Positions 53,701 through 64,000 of a DNA stretch of 64,000 bases are shown piece after piece. Both the position numbers and the translations under genes were made by a program. Origin of the DNA: the human T2T-CHM13v2.0 reference genome, Homo sapiens; NCBI RefSeq assembly GCF_009914755.1, contig NC_060938.1; one strand, given 5' to 3'. How positions within the stretch are numbered: the first letter of the stretch is position 1; every line of letters begins with the position of its first letter. The notes under the pieces are model-generated. The model had not been told where the DNA came from and did no database searches. It saw only the letters and a program-made list of their open reading frames with translations.

Positions 53701-56700
53701 TGATATGAAGATATTCCCGTTTCCAACGAAATCTTCAAATCTATCCAAATGTCCACTTGCAGATTCAACAAAAAGTGTTTTTCAGAACTGCTCTATCAAA
53801 ACAAAGATCCACCTCTGTTAGCTGAGTTCACACATCACAAACAACTTTATGAGAATGCTTCTGTCTAGTTTTTATTTGAAGATATTTCCTTTCTCACCAT
53901 AGAGCTGAAAGCTGTCCTAATGTTCACTTCCAGATACTACAGAAAGAGTGTTTCAAAACTGCTGTACGAAAGGGAATGTTCAACTCTGTGACTTGAATGC
54001 ACACATCACAAAGAAGTTTCTGAGGATGCTGCTGTCTACTTTTTATACGTAATCCCGTTTCCAACGAAATCCTCCAAGCTATCCAAATATCCACTTGCAG
54101 ATTCCACAGAAAGACTGTTTCAAAACTGCTCTGTCAATAGAAAGGTTCAACTCTGTTAGCTGCGTGCATACATCCCAAAGAAGATTCTGAGATTGCTTCT
54201 GTCTAGTTTTTATGGGAAGATATTTCCCTTTTCACCGTAGGCGTCAAGGCGCTCCAAATGTCCACTTCCAGATACTACAAAAAGAGTGTTTCAAACCTAC
54301 TCTGTGAAAGGGAATATTCAACTCTGTGACTTGAATGCACATATCACAAGGAAGTTTCTGAGAATGCTTCTGTCGAGATTTTATATGAAGATATTCCCGT
54401 TTCCAACGAAATCCTGAAATCTATCCAAATATCCCCTTGCAGATTCTACAAAAAGAGTGTTTCAAAACTGCTCTGTGAAAAGAAAGGTTCAACTCTGTTA
54501 GTTGAGTACACACATCACAAACAAGTTTCACACAATGCTTCTTTCTAGCTTGTAGGGGAAGATATTCCCTTTATCACCATGGGCCTCAAACCGTCCGAAA
54601 AGTCCACTTCCATATACTACAAAAAGAGCGTTTCAAACCTGCTCTATGAAAGGCAATGTTCAACTCTGTGACTTGAATGCAGACATCACAGAGCAGTTTC
54701 TGAGAATGCTTCTGTCTAGATTTTATAGGAAGATATTCCCGTTTCCAACGAAATCTTCACAGCTATCCAAATATCCACTTGCAGATTCTACAAAAAGAGT
54801 GTATCAAAACTGCTCTGTCAAAAGGAAGGTTCTTTTCTGTTAGGTGAGTGCATACGTCATAAAGGAGTTTCTGAGAATGTTTCTGTCTAGTGGTTATGGG
54901 AAGATATTTGCTTTTTCACCGTAGGCCTCAGAGCGCTCCAAATATCCACTTGCACATACTACAAAAAGAGTGCCTCAAAGCTGCTCTCTGAAACGGAATG
55001 TTCAACTCTATGAGTTGAATGCAAACATCGCAAAGACGTTTCTGAGAATGCTTCTGTCTAGATTTGATATGAAGATATTCCCGTTTCCAACGAAATCTTC
55101 AAATCTATCCAAATGTCCACTTGCAGATTCAACAAAAAGTGTTTTTCAGAACTGCTCTATCAAAAGAAAGATCCACCTCTGTTAGCTGAGTTCACACATC
55201 ACAAACAAGTTTATGAGAATGCTTCTGTCTAGTTTTTATTTGAAGATATTTCCTTTCTCACCATAGAGCTGAAAGCTGTCCTAATGTTCACTTCCAGATA
55301 CTACAGAAAGAGTGTTTCAAAACTGCTGTACGAAAGGGAATGTTCAACTCTGTGACTTGAATGCACACATCACAAAGAAGTTTCTGAGGATGCTGCTGTC
55401 TACTTTTTATACGTAATCCCGTTTCCAACGAAATCCTCCAAGCTATCCAAATATCCACTTGCAGATTCCACAGAAAGACTGTTTCAAAACTGCTCTGTCA
55501 ATAGAAAGGTTCAACTCTGTTAGCTGCGTGCATATATCCCAAAGAAGATTCTGAGATTGCTTCTGTCTAGTTTTTATGGGAAGATATTTCCCTTTTCACC
55601 GTAGGTGTCAAGGCGCTCCAAATGTCCACTTCCAGATACTACAAAAAGAGTGTTTCAAACCTACTCTGTGAAAGGGAATATTCAACTCTGTGACTTGAAT
55701 GCACATATCACAAAGAAGTTTCTGAGAATGCTTCTGTCGAGATTTTATATGAAGATATTCCCGTTTCCAACGAAATGCTGAAATCTATCCAAATATCCCC
55801 TCGCAGATTCTACAAAAAGAGTGTTTCAAAACTGCTCTGTGAAAAGAAAGGTTCAACTCTGTTAGTTGAGTACACACATCACAAACAAGTTTCACAGAAT
55901 GCTTCTTTCTAGCTTGTAGGGGAAGATATTCCCTTTATCACCATGGGCCTCCAACCGTCCGAAACATCCACTTCCATATACTACAAAAAGAGCGTTTCAA
56001 ACCTGCTCTATGAAAGGCAATGTTCAACTCTGTGACTTGAATGCAGACATCACAGAGCAGTTTCTGAGAATGCTTCTGTCTAGATTTTATAGGAAGATAT
56101 TCCCGTTTCCAACGAAATCTTCACAGCTATCCAAATATCCACTTGCAGATTCTACCAAAAGAGTGTATGAAAACTGCTCTGTCAAAAGGAAGGTTCTTCT
56201 CTGTTAGGTGAGTGCATACGTCATAAAGGAGTTTCTGAGAATGTTTCTGTCTAGTGGTTATGGGAAGATATTTGCTTTTTCACCGTAGGCCTCAGAGCGC
56301 TCCAAATATCCACTTGCACATACTACAAAAAGAGTGCTTCAAAGCTGCTCTCTGAAACGGAATGTTCAACTCTATGAGTTGAATGCAAACATCGCAAAGA
56401 CGTTTCTGAGAATGCTTCTGTCTAGATTTGATATGAAGATATTCCCGTTTCCAACGAAATCTTCAAATCTATCCAAATGTCCACTTGCAGATTCAACAAA
56501 AAGTGTTTTTCAGAACTGCTCTATCAAAAGAAAGATCCACCTCTGTTAGCTGAGTTCACACATCACAAACAACTTTATGAGAATGCTTCTGTCTAGTTTT
56601 TATTTGAAGATATTTCCTTTCTCACCATAGAGCTGAAAGCTGTCCTAATGTTCACTTCCAGATACTACAGAAAGAGTGTTTCAAAACTGCTGTACGAAAG

Positions 56701-59700
56701 GGAATGTTCAACTCTGTGACTTGAATGCACACATCACAAAGAAGTTTCTGAGGATGCTGCTGTCTACTTTTTATACGTAATCCCGTTTCCAACGAAATCC
56801 TCCAAGCTATCCAAATATCCACTTGCAGATTCCACAGGAAGACTGTTTCAAAACTGCTCTGTCAATAGAAAGGTTCAACTCTGTTAGCTGCATGCATATA
56901 TCCCAAAGAAGATTCTGAGATTGCTTCTGTCTAGTTTTTATGGGAAGATATTTCCCTTTTCACCGTAGGCGTCAAGGCGCTCCAAATGTCCACTTCCAGA
57001 TACTACAAAAAGAGTGTTTCAAACCTACTCTGTGAAAGGGAATATTCAACTCTGTGACTTGAATGCACATATCACAAGGAAGTTTCTGAGAATGCTTCTG
57101 TCGAGATTTTATATGAAGATATTCCCGTTTCCAACGAAATCCTGAAATCTATCCAAATATCCCCTTGCAGATTCTACAAAAAGAGTGTTTCAAAACTGCT
57201 CTGTAAAAAGAAAGGTTCAACTCTGTTAGTTGAGTACACACATCACAAACAAGTTTCACACAATGCTTCTTTCTAGCTTGTAGGGGAAGATATTCCCTTT
57301 ATCACCATGGGCCTCAAACCGTCCGAAAAGTCCACTTCCATATACTACAAAAAGAGCGTTTCAAACCTGCTCTATGAAAGGCAATGTTCAACTCTGTGAC
57401 TTGAATGCAGACATCACAGAGCAGTTTCTGAGAATGCTTCTGTCTAGATTTTATAGGAAGATATTCCCGTTTCCAACGAAATCTTCACAGCTATCTAAAT
57501 ATCCACTTGCAGATTCTACAAAAAGAGTGTATCAAAACTGCTCTGTCAAAAGGAAGGCTCTTTTCTGTTAGGTGAGTGCATACGTCATAAAGGAGTTTCT
57601 GAGAATGTTTCTGTCTAGTGGTTATGGGAAGATATTTGCTTTTTCACCGTAGGCCTCAGAGCGCTCCAAATATCCACTTGCACATACTACAAAAAGAGTG
57701 CCTCAAAGCTGCTCTCTGAAACGGAATGTTCAACTCTATGAGTTGAATGCAAACATCGCAAAGACGTTTCTGAGAATGCTTCTGTCTAGATTTGATATGA
57801 AGATATTCCCGTTTCCAACGAAATCTTCAAATCTATCCAAATGTCCACTTGCAGATTCAACAAAAAGTGTTTTTCAGAACTGCTCTATCAAAACAAAGAT
57901 CCACCTCTGTTAGCTGAGTTCACACATCACAAACAACTTTATGAGAATGCTTCTGTCTAGTTTTTATTTGAAGATATTTCCTTTCTCACCATAGAGCTGA
58001 AAGCTGTCCTAATGTTCACTTCCAGATACTACAGAAAGAGTGTTTCAAAACTGCTGTACGAAAGGGAATGTTCAACTCTGTGACTTGAATGCACACATCA
58101 CAAAGAAGTTTCTGAGGATGCTGCTGTCTACTTTTTATACGTAATCCCGTTTCCAACGAAATCCTCCAAGCTATCCAAATATCCACTTGCAGATTCCACA
58201 GAAAGACTGTTTCAAAACTGCTCTGTCAATAGAAAGGTTCAACTCTGTTAGCTGCGTGCATACATCCCAAAGAAGATTCTGAGATTGCTTCTGTCTAGTT
58301 TTTATGGGAAGATATTTCCCTTTTCACCGTAGGCGTCAAGGCGCTCCAAATGTCCACTTCCAGATAATACAAAAAGAGTGTTTCAAACCTACTCTGTGAA
58401 AGGGAATATTCAACTCTGTGACTTGAATGCACATATCACAAGGAAGTTTCTGAGAATGCTTCTGTCGAGATTTTATATGAAGATATTCCCGTTTCCAACG
58501 AAATCCTGAAATCTATCCAAATATCCCCTTGCAGATTCTACAAAAAGAGTGTTTCAAAACTGCTCTGTGAAAAGAAAGGTTCAACTCTGTTAGTTGAGTA
58601 CACACATCACAAACAAGTTTCACACAATGCTTCTTTCTAGCTTGTAGGGGAAGATATTCCCTTTATCACCATGGGCCTCAAACCGTCCGAAAAGTCCACT
58701 TCCATATACTACAAAAAGAGCGTTTCAAACCTGCTCTATGAAAGGCAATGTTCAACTCTGTGACTTGAATGCAGACATCACAGAGCAGTTTCTGAGAATG
58801 CTTCTGTCTAGATTTTATAGGAAGATATTCCCGTTTCCAACGAAATCTTCACAGCTATCCAAATATCCACTTGCAGATTCTACAAAAAGAGTGTATCAAA
58901 ACTGCTCTGTCAAAAGGAAGGTTCTTTTCTGTTAGGTGAGTGCATACGTCATAAAGGAGTTTCTGAGAATGTTTCTGTCTAGTGGTTATGGGAAGATATT
59001 TGCTTTTTCACCGTAGGCCTCAGAGCGCTCCAAATATCCACTTGCACATACTACAAAAAGAGTGCCTCAAAGCTGCTCTCTGAAACGGAATGTTCAACTC
59101 TATGAGTTGAATGCAAACATCGCAAAGACGTTTCTGAGAATGCTTCTGTCTAGATTTGATATGAAGATATTCCCGTTTCCAACGAAATCTTCAAATCTAT
59201 CCAAATGTCCACTTGCAGATTCAACAAAAAGTGTTTTTCAGAACTGCTCTATCAAAAGAAAGATCCACCTCTGTTAGCTGAGTTCACACATCACAAACAA
59301 GTTTATGAGAATGCTTCTGTCTAGTTTTTATTTGAAGATATTTCCTTTCTCACCATAGAGCTGAAAGCTGTCCTAATGTTCACTTCCAGATACTACAGAA
59401 AGAGTGTTTCAAAACTGCTGTACGAAAGGGAATGTTCAACTCTGTGACTTGAATGCACACATCACAAAGAAGTTTCTGAGGATGCTGCTGTCTACTTTTT
59501 ATACGTAATCCCGTTTCCAACGAAATCCTCCAAGCTATCCAAATATCCACTTGCAGATTCCACAGAAAGACTGTTTCAAAACTGCTCTGTCAATAGAAAG
59601 GTTCAACTCTGTTAGCTGCGTGCATATATCCCAAAGAAGATTCTGAGATTGCTTCTGTCTAGTTTTTATGGGAAGATATTTCCCTTTTCACCGTAGGTGT

Positions 59701-62700
59701 CAAGGCGCTCCAAATGTCCACTTCCAGATACTACAAAAAGAGTGTTTCAAACCTACTCTGTGAAAGGGAATATTCAACTCTGTGACTTGAATGCACATAT
59801 CACAAAGAAGTTTCTGAGAATGCTTCTGTCGAGATTTTATATGAAGATATTCCCGTTTCCAACGAAATGCTGAAATCTATCCAAATATCCCCTCGCAGAT
59901 TCTACAAAAAGAGTGTTTCAAAACTGCTCTGTGAAAAGAAAGGTTCAACTCTGTTAGTTGAGTACACACATCACAAACAAGTTTCACAGAATGCTTCTTT
60001 CTAGCTTGTAGGGGAAGATATTCCCTTTATCACCATGGGCCTCCAACCGTCCGAAACATCCACTTCCATATACTACAAAAAGAGCGTTTCAAACCTGCTC
60101 TATGAAAGGCAATGTTCAACTCTGTGACTTGAATGCAGACATCACAGAGCAGTTTCTGAGAATGCTTCTGTCTAGATTTTATAGGAAGATATTCCCGTTT
60201 CCAACGAAATCTTCACAGCTATCCAAATATCCACTTGCAGATTCTACCAAAAGAGTGTATGAAAACTGCTCTGTCAAAAGAAAGGTTCTTCTCTGTTAGG
60301 TGAGTGCATACGTCATAAAGGAGTTTCTGAGAATGTTTCTGTCTAGTGGTTATGGGAAGATATTTGCTTTTTCACCGTAGGCCTCAGAGCGCTCCAAATA
60401 TCCACTTGCACATACTACAAAAAGAGTGCTTCAAAGCTGCTCTCTGAAACGGAATGTTCAACTCTATGAGTTGAATGCAAACATCGCAAAGACGTTTCTG
60501 AGAATGCTTCTGTCTAGATTTGATATGAAGATATTCCCGTTTCCAACGAAATCTTCAAATCTATCCAAATGTCCACTTGCAGATTCAACAAAAAGTGTTT
60601 TTCAGAACTGCTCTATCAAAAGAAAGATCCACCTCTGTTAGCTGAGTTCACACCTCACAAACAAGTTTATGAGAATGCTTCTGTCTAGTTTTTATTTGAA
60701 GATATTTCCTTTCTCACCATAGAGCTGAAAGCTGTCCTAATGTTCACTTCCAGATACTACAGAAAGAGTGTTTCAAAACTGCTGTACGAAAGGGAATGTT
60801 CAACTCTGTGACTTGAATGCACACATCACAAAGAAGTTTCTGAGGATGCTGCTGTCTACTTTTTATACGTAATCCCGTTTCCAACGAAATCCTCCAAGCT
60901 ATCCAAATATCCACTTGCAGATTCCACAGAAAGACTGTTTCAAAACTGCTCTGTCAATAGAAAGGTTCAACTCTGTTAGCTGCATGCATATATCCCAAAG
61001 AAGATTCTGAGATTGCTTCTGTCTAGTTTTTATGGGAAGATATTTCCCTTTTCACCGTAGGCGTCAAGGCGCTCCAAATGTCCACTTCCAGATACTACAA
61101 AAAGAGTGTTTCAAACCTACTCTGTGAAAGGGAATATTCAACTCTGTGACTTGAATGCACATATCACAAGGAAGTTTCTGAGAATGCTTCTGTCGAGATT
61201 TTATATGAAGATATTCCCGTTTCCAACGAAATCCTGAAATCTATCCAAATATCCCCTTGCAGATTCTACAAAAAGAGTGTTTCAAAACTGCTCTGTAAAA
61301 AGAAAGGTTCAACTCTGTTAGTTGAGTACACACATCACAAACAAGTTTCACACAATGCTTCTTTCTAGCTTGTAGGGGAAGATATTCCCTTTATCACCAT
61401 GGGCCTCAAACCGTCCGATAAGTCCACTTCCATATACTACAAAAAGAGCGTTTCAAACCTGCTCTATGAAAGGCAATGTTCAACTCTGTGACTTGAATGC
61501 AGACATCACAGAGCAGTTTCTGAGAATGCTTCTGTCTAGATTTTATAGGAAGATATTCCCGTTTCCAACGAAATCTTCACAGCTATCCAAATATCCACTT
61601 GCAGATTCTACAAAAAGAGTGTATCAAAACTGCTCTGTCAAAAGGAAGGTTCTTTTCTGTTAGGTGAGTGCATACGTCATAAAGGAGTTTCTGAGAATGT
61701 TTCTGTCTAGTGGTTATGGGAAGATATTTGCTTTTTCACCGTAGGCCTCAGAGCGCTCCAAATATCCACTTGCACATACTACGAAAAGAGTGCCTCAAAG
61801 CTGCTCTCTGAAACGGAATGTTCAACTCTATGAGTTGAATGCAAACATCGCAAAGACGTTTCTGAGAATGCTTCTGTCTAGATTTGATATGAAGATATTC
61901 CCGTTTCCAACGAAATCTTCAAATCTATCCAAATGTCCACTTGCAGATTCAACAAAAAGTGTTTTTCAGAACTGCTCTATCAAAAGAAAGATCCACCTCT
62001 GTTAGCTGAGTTCACACATCACAAACAACTTTATGAGAATGCTTCTGTCTAGTTTTTATTTGAAGATATTTCCTTTCTCACCATAGAGCTGAAAGCTGTC
62101 CTAATGTTCACTTCCAGATACTACAGAAAGAGTGTTTCAAAACTGCTGTACGAAAGGGAATGTTCAACTCTGTGACTTGAATGCACACATCACAAAGAAG
62201 TTTCTGAGGATGCTGCTGTCTACTTTTTATACGTAATCCCGTTTCCAACGAAATCCTCCAAGCTATCCAAATATCCACTTGCAGATTCCACAGAAAGACT
62301 GTTTCAAAACTGCTCTGTCAATAGAAAGGTTCAACTCTGTTAGCTGCGTGCATACATCCCAAAGAAGATTCTGAGATTGCTTCTGTCTAGTTTTTATGGG
62401 AAGATATTTCCCTTTTCACCGTAGGCGTCAAGGCGCTCCAAATGTCCACTTCCAGATACTACAAAAAGAGTGTTTCAAACCTACTCTGTGAAAGGGAATA
62501 TTCAACTCTGTGACTTGAATGCACATATCACAAGGAAGTTTCTGAGAATGCTTCTGTCGAGATTTTATATGAAGATATTCCCGTTTCCAACGAAATCCTG
62601 AAATCTATCCAAATATCCCCTTGCAGATTCTACAAAAAGAGTGTTTCAAAACTGCTCTGTGAAAAGAAAGGTTCAACTCTGTTAGTTGAGTACACACATC

Positions 62701-64000
62701 ACAAACAAGTTTCACACAATGCTTCTTTCTAGCTTGTAGGGGAAGATATTCCCTTTATCACCATGGGCCTCAAACCGTCCGAAAAGTCCACTTCCATATA
62801 CTACAAAAAGAGCGTTTCAAACCTGCTCTATGAAAGGCAATGTTCAACTCTGTGACTTGAATGCAGACATCACAGAGCAGTTTCTGAGAATGCTTCTGTC
62901 TAGATTTTATAGGAAGATATTCCCGTTTCCAACGAAATCTTCACAGCTATCCAAATATCCACTTGCAGATTCTACAAAAAGAGTGTATCAAAACTGCTCT
63001 GTCAAAAGGAAGGTTCTTTTCTGTTAGGTGAGTGCATACGTCATAAAGGAGTTTCTGAGAATGTTTCTGTCTAGTGGTTATGGGAAGATATTTGCTTTTT
63101 CACCGTAGGCCTCAGAGCGCTCCAAATATCCACTTGCACATACTACAAAAAGAGTGCCTCAAAGCTGCTCTCTGAAACGGAATGTTCAACTCTATGAGTT
63201 GAATGCAAACATCGCAAAGACGTTTCTGAGAATGCTTCAGTCTAGATTTGATATGAAGATATTCCCGTTTCCAACGAAATCTTCAAATCTATCCAAATGT
63301 CCACTTGCAGATTCAACAAAAAGTGTTTTTCAGAACTGCTCTATCAAAAGAAAGATCCACCTCTGTTAGCTGAGTTCACACATCACAAACAAGTTTATGA
63401 GAATGCTTCTGTCTAGTTTTTATTTGAAGATATTTCCTTTCTCACCATAGAGCTGAAAGCTGTCCTAATGTTCACTTCCAGATACTACAGAAAGAGTGTT
63501 TCAAAACTGCTGTACGAAAGGGAATGTTCAACTCTGTGACTTGAATGCACACATCACAAAGAAGTTTCTGAGGATGCTGCTGTCTACTTTTTATACGTAA
63601 TCCCGTTTCCAACGAAATCCTCCAAGCTATCCAAATATCCACTTGCAGATTCCACAGAAAGACTGTTTCAAAACTGCTCTGTCAATAGAAAGGTTCAACT
63701 CTGTTAGCTGCGTGCATATATCCCAAAGAAGATTCTGAGATTGCTTCTGTCTAGTTTTTATGGGAAGATATTTCCCTTTTCACCGTAGGTGTCAAGGCGC
63801 TCCAAATGTCCACTTCCAGATACTACAAAAAGAGTGTTTCAAACCTACTCTGTGAAAGGGAATATTCAACTCTGTGACTTGAATGCACATATCACAAAGA
63901 AGTTTCTGAGAATGCTTCTGTCGAGATTTTATATGAAGATATTCCCGTTTCCAACGAAATGCTGAAATCTATCCAAATATCCCCTCGCAGATTCTACAAA
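47725..64000. repeat. 4092-bp (3 x 8-mer = 24-mer) super-repeat, about 4 copies
   Basis: Rare SNVs recur at 50079/54171/58263/62355, 52064/56156/60248, 52746/56838, 53404/57496, 53466/57558 and 53802/57894. Confidence 0.9.

Larger units (their letters stand above)
1..64000 (-). repeat. Centromeric alpha-satellite HOR array, 1364-bp 8-mer, about 46 copies, one orientation
   Basis: ~171-bp monomers with alphoid motifs (tttctgagaatgcttctgtctag, ttcaactctgtgacttgaatgc). The ORF-track anchor recurs at 102, 1466, 2830 and so on (period 1364 = 8x171 - 4; one monomer is 4 bp shorter at tctactttttatacgtaatcccg). The CENP-B box reads conventionally on the minus strand throughout. Confidence 0.99.
1..64000 (-). 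other. Array identity: SF2-type dimeric HOR, probably human chr14/22 8-mer (D14Z9/D22Z1); D20Z2 or D18Z1 8-mer variant are alternatives
   Basis: 8-mer length, alternating CENP-B box / pJalpha-like monomers and high homogeneity fit a live SF2 array. The chromosome assignment comes from recall of known HOR sizes and sequences, not from an alignment. Confidence 0.6.

Noticed and set aside
102-63369. Recurrent 65-aa and 71-aa plus-strand ORFs (MKGNVQLCD..., MLQ/MPQSCS...)
   Set aside because: They are chance open frames across alphoid monomers, repeated with the HOR period. There is no recognisable domain or gene context, and the 71-aa ORF uses a GTG start. They were useful only as period and haplotype markers.
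1-64000. CRISPR-like array (conserved 17-bp motif about every 340 bp)
   Set aside because: The intervening sequences are homologous satellite monomers rather than unique spacers, there are no cas genes, and the motif is the CENP-B box.
1-64000. L1/Alu/ERV insertion, inversion or array boundary
   Set aside because: All anchor spacings are accounted for by 1364, 1360 or 1702 bp. I saw no foreign sequence, poly(A) tail or strand switch.
60001-64000. Sequence at 60001 looks like a restart of position 1 (possible windowing artefact)
   Set aside because: This is an arithmetic coincidence (43x1364 + 4x338 - 4 = 60000). The SNVs differ, for example at 60248, 60261 and 60486.
1-64000. Calling this window the CENP-A/kinetochore site (centromere dip region)
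   Set aside because: Homogeneity and dense CENP-B boxes indicate a live-type array, but the CENP-A domain is epigenetic and cannot be read from sequence.

Overview
The whole 64 kb window is primate (very likely human) centromeric alpha-satellite: an uninterrupted, single-orientation, highly homogeneous higher-order repeat (HOR) array. It holds about 46 HOR copies of a 1364-bp 8-mer (7 x 171 bp + 1 x 167 bp). A CENP-B box sits in every second monomer (minus strand TTTCGTTGGAAACGGGA), the dimeric organisation typical of suprachromosomal family 2. The best guess is the chr14/22 8-mer (D14Z9/D22Z1); chr20 D20Z2 or a chr18 8-mer variant cannot be excluded without alignment. I see no genes, transposon insertions, inversions or CRISPR arrays, and all ORFs are repeat artefacts. 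The informative structure lies in the SNVs. Two 8-mer haplotypes (H1/H2, about 11 linked sites) alternate as a cryptic 2728-bp 16-mer. Four 1702-bp 10-mers switch haplotype at a hybrid monomer and read best as 6-monomer deletions from the 16-mer. Super-periods shift locally (2728, 4430, then 4092 bp), and there are apparent conversion patches, two mutation clusters and a bias of CENP-B box variants towards one box. I found no evidence of a new gene system; the findings concern satellite evolution. All SNV calls were read by eye, so counts are minimum estimates.
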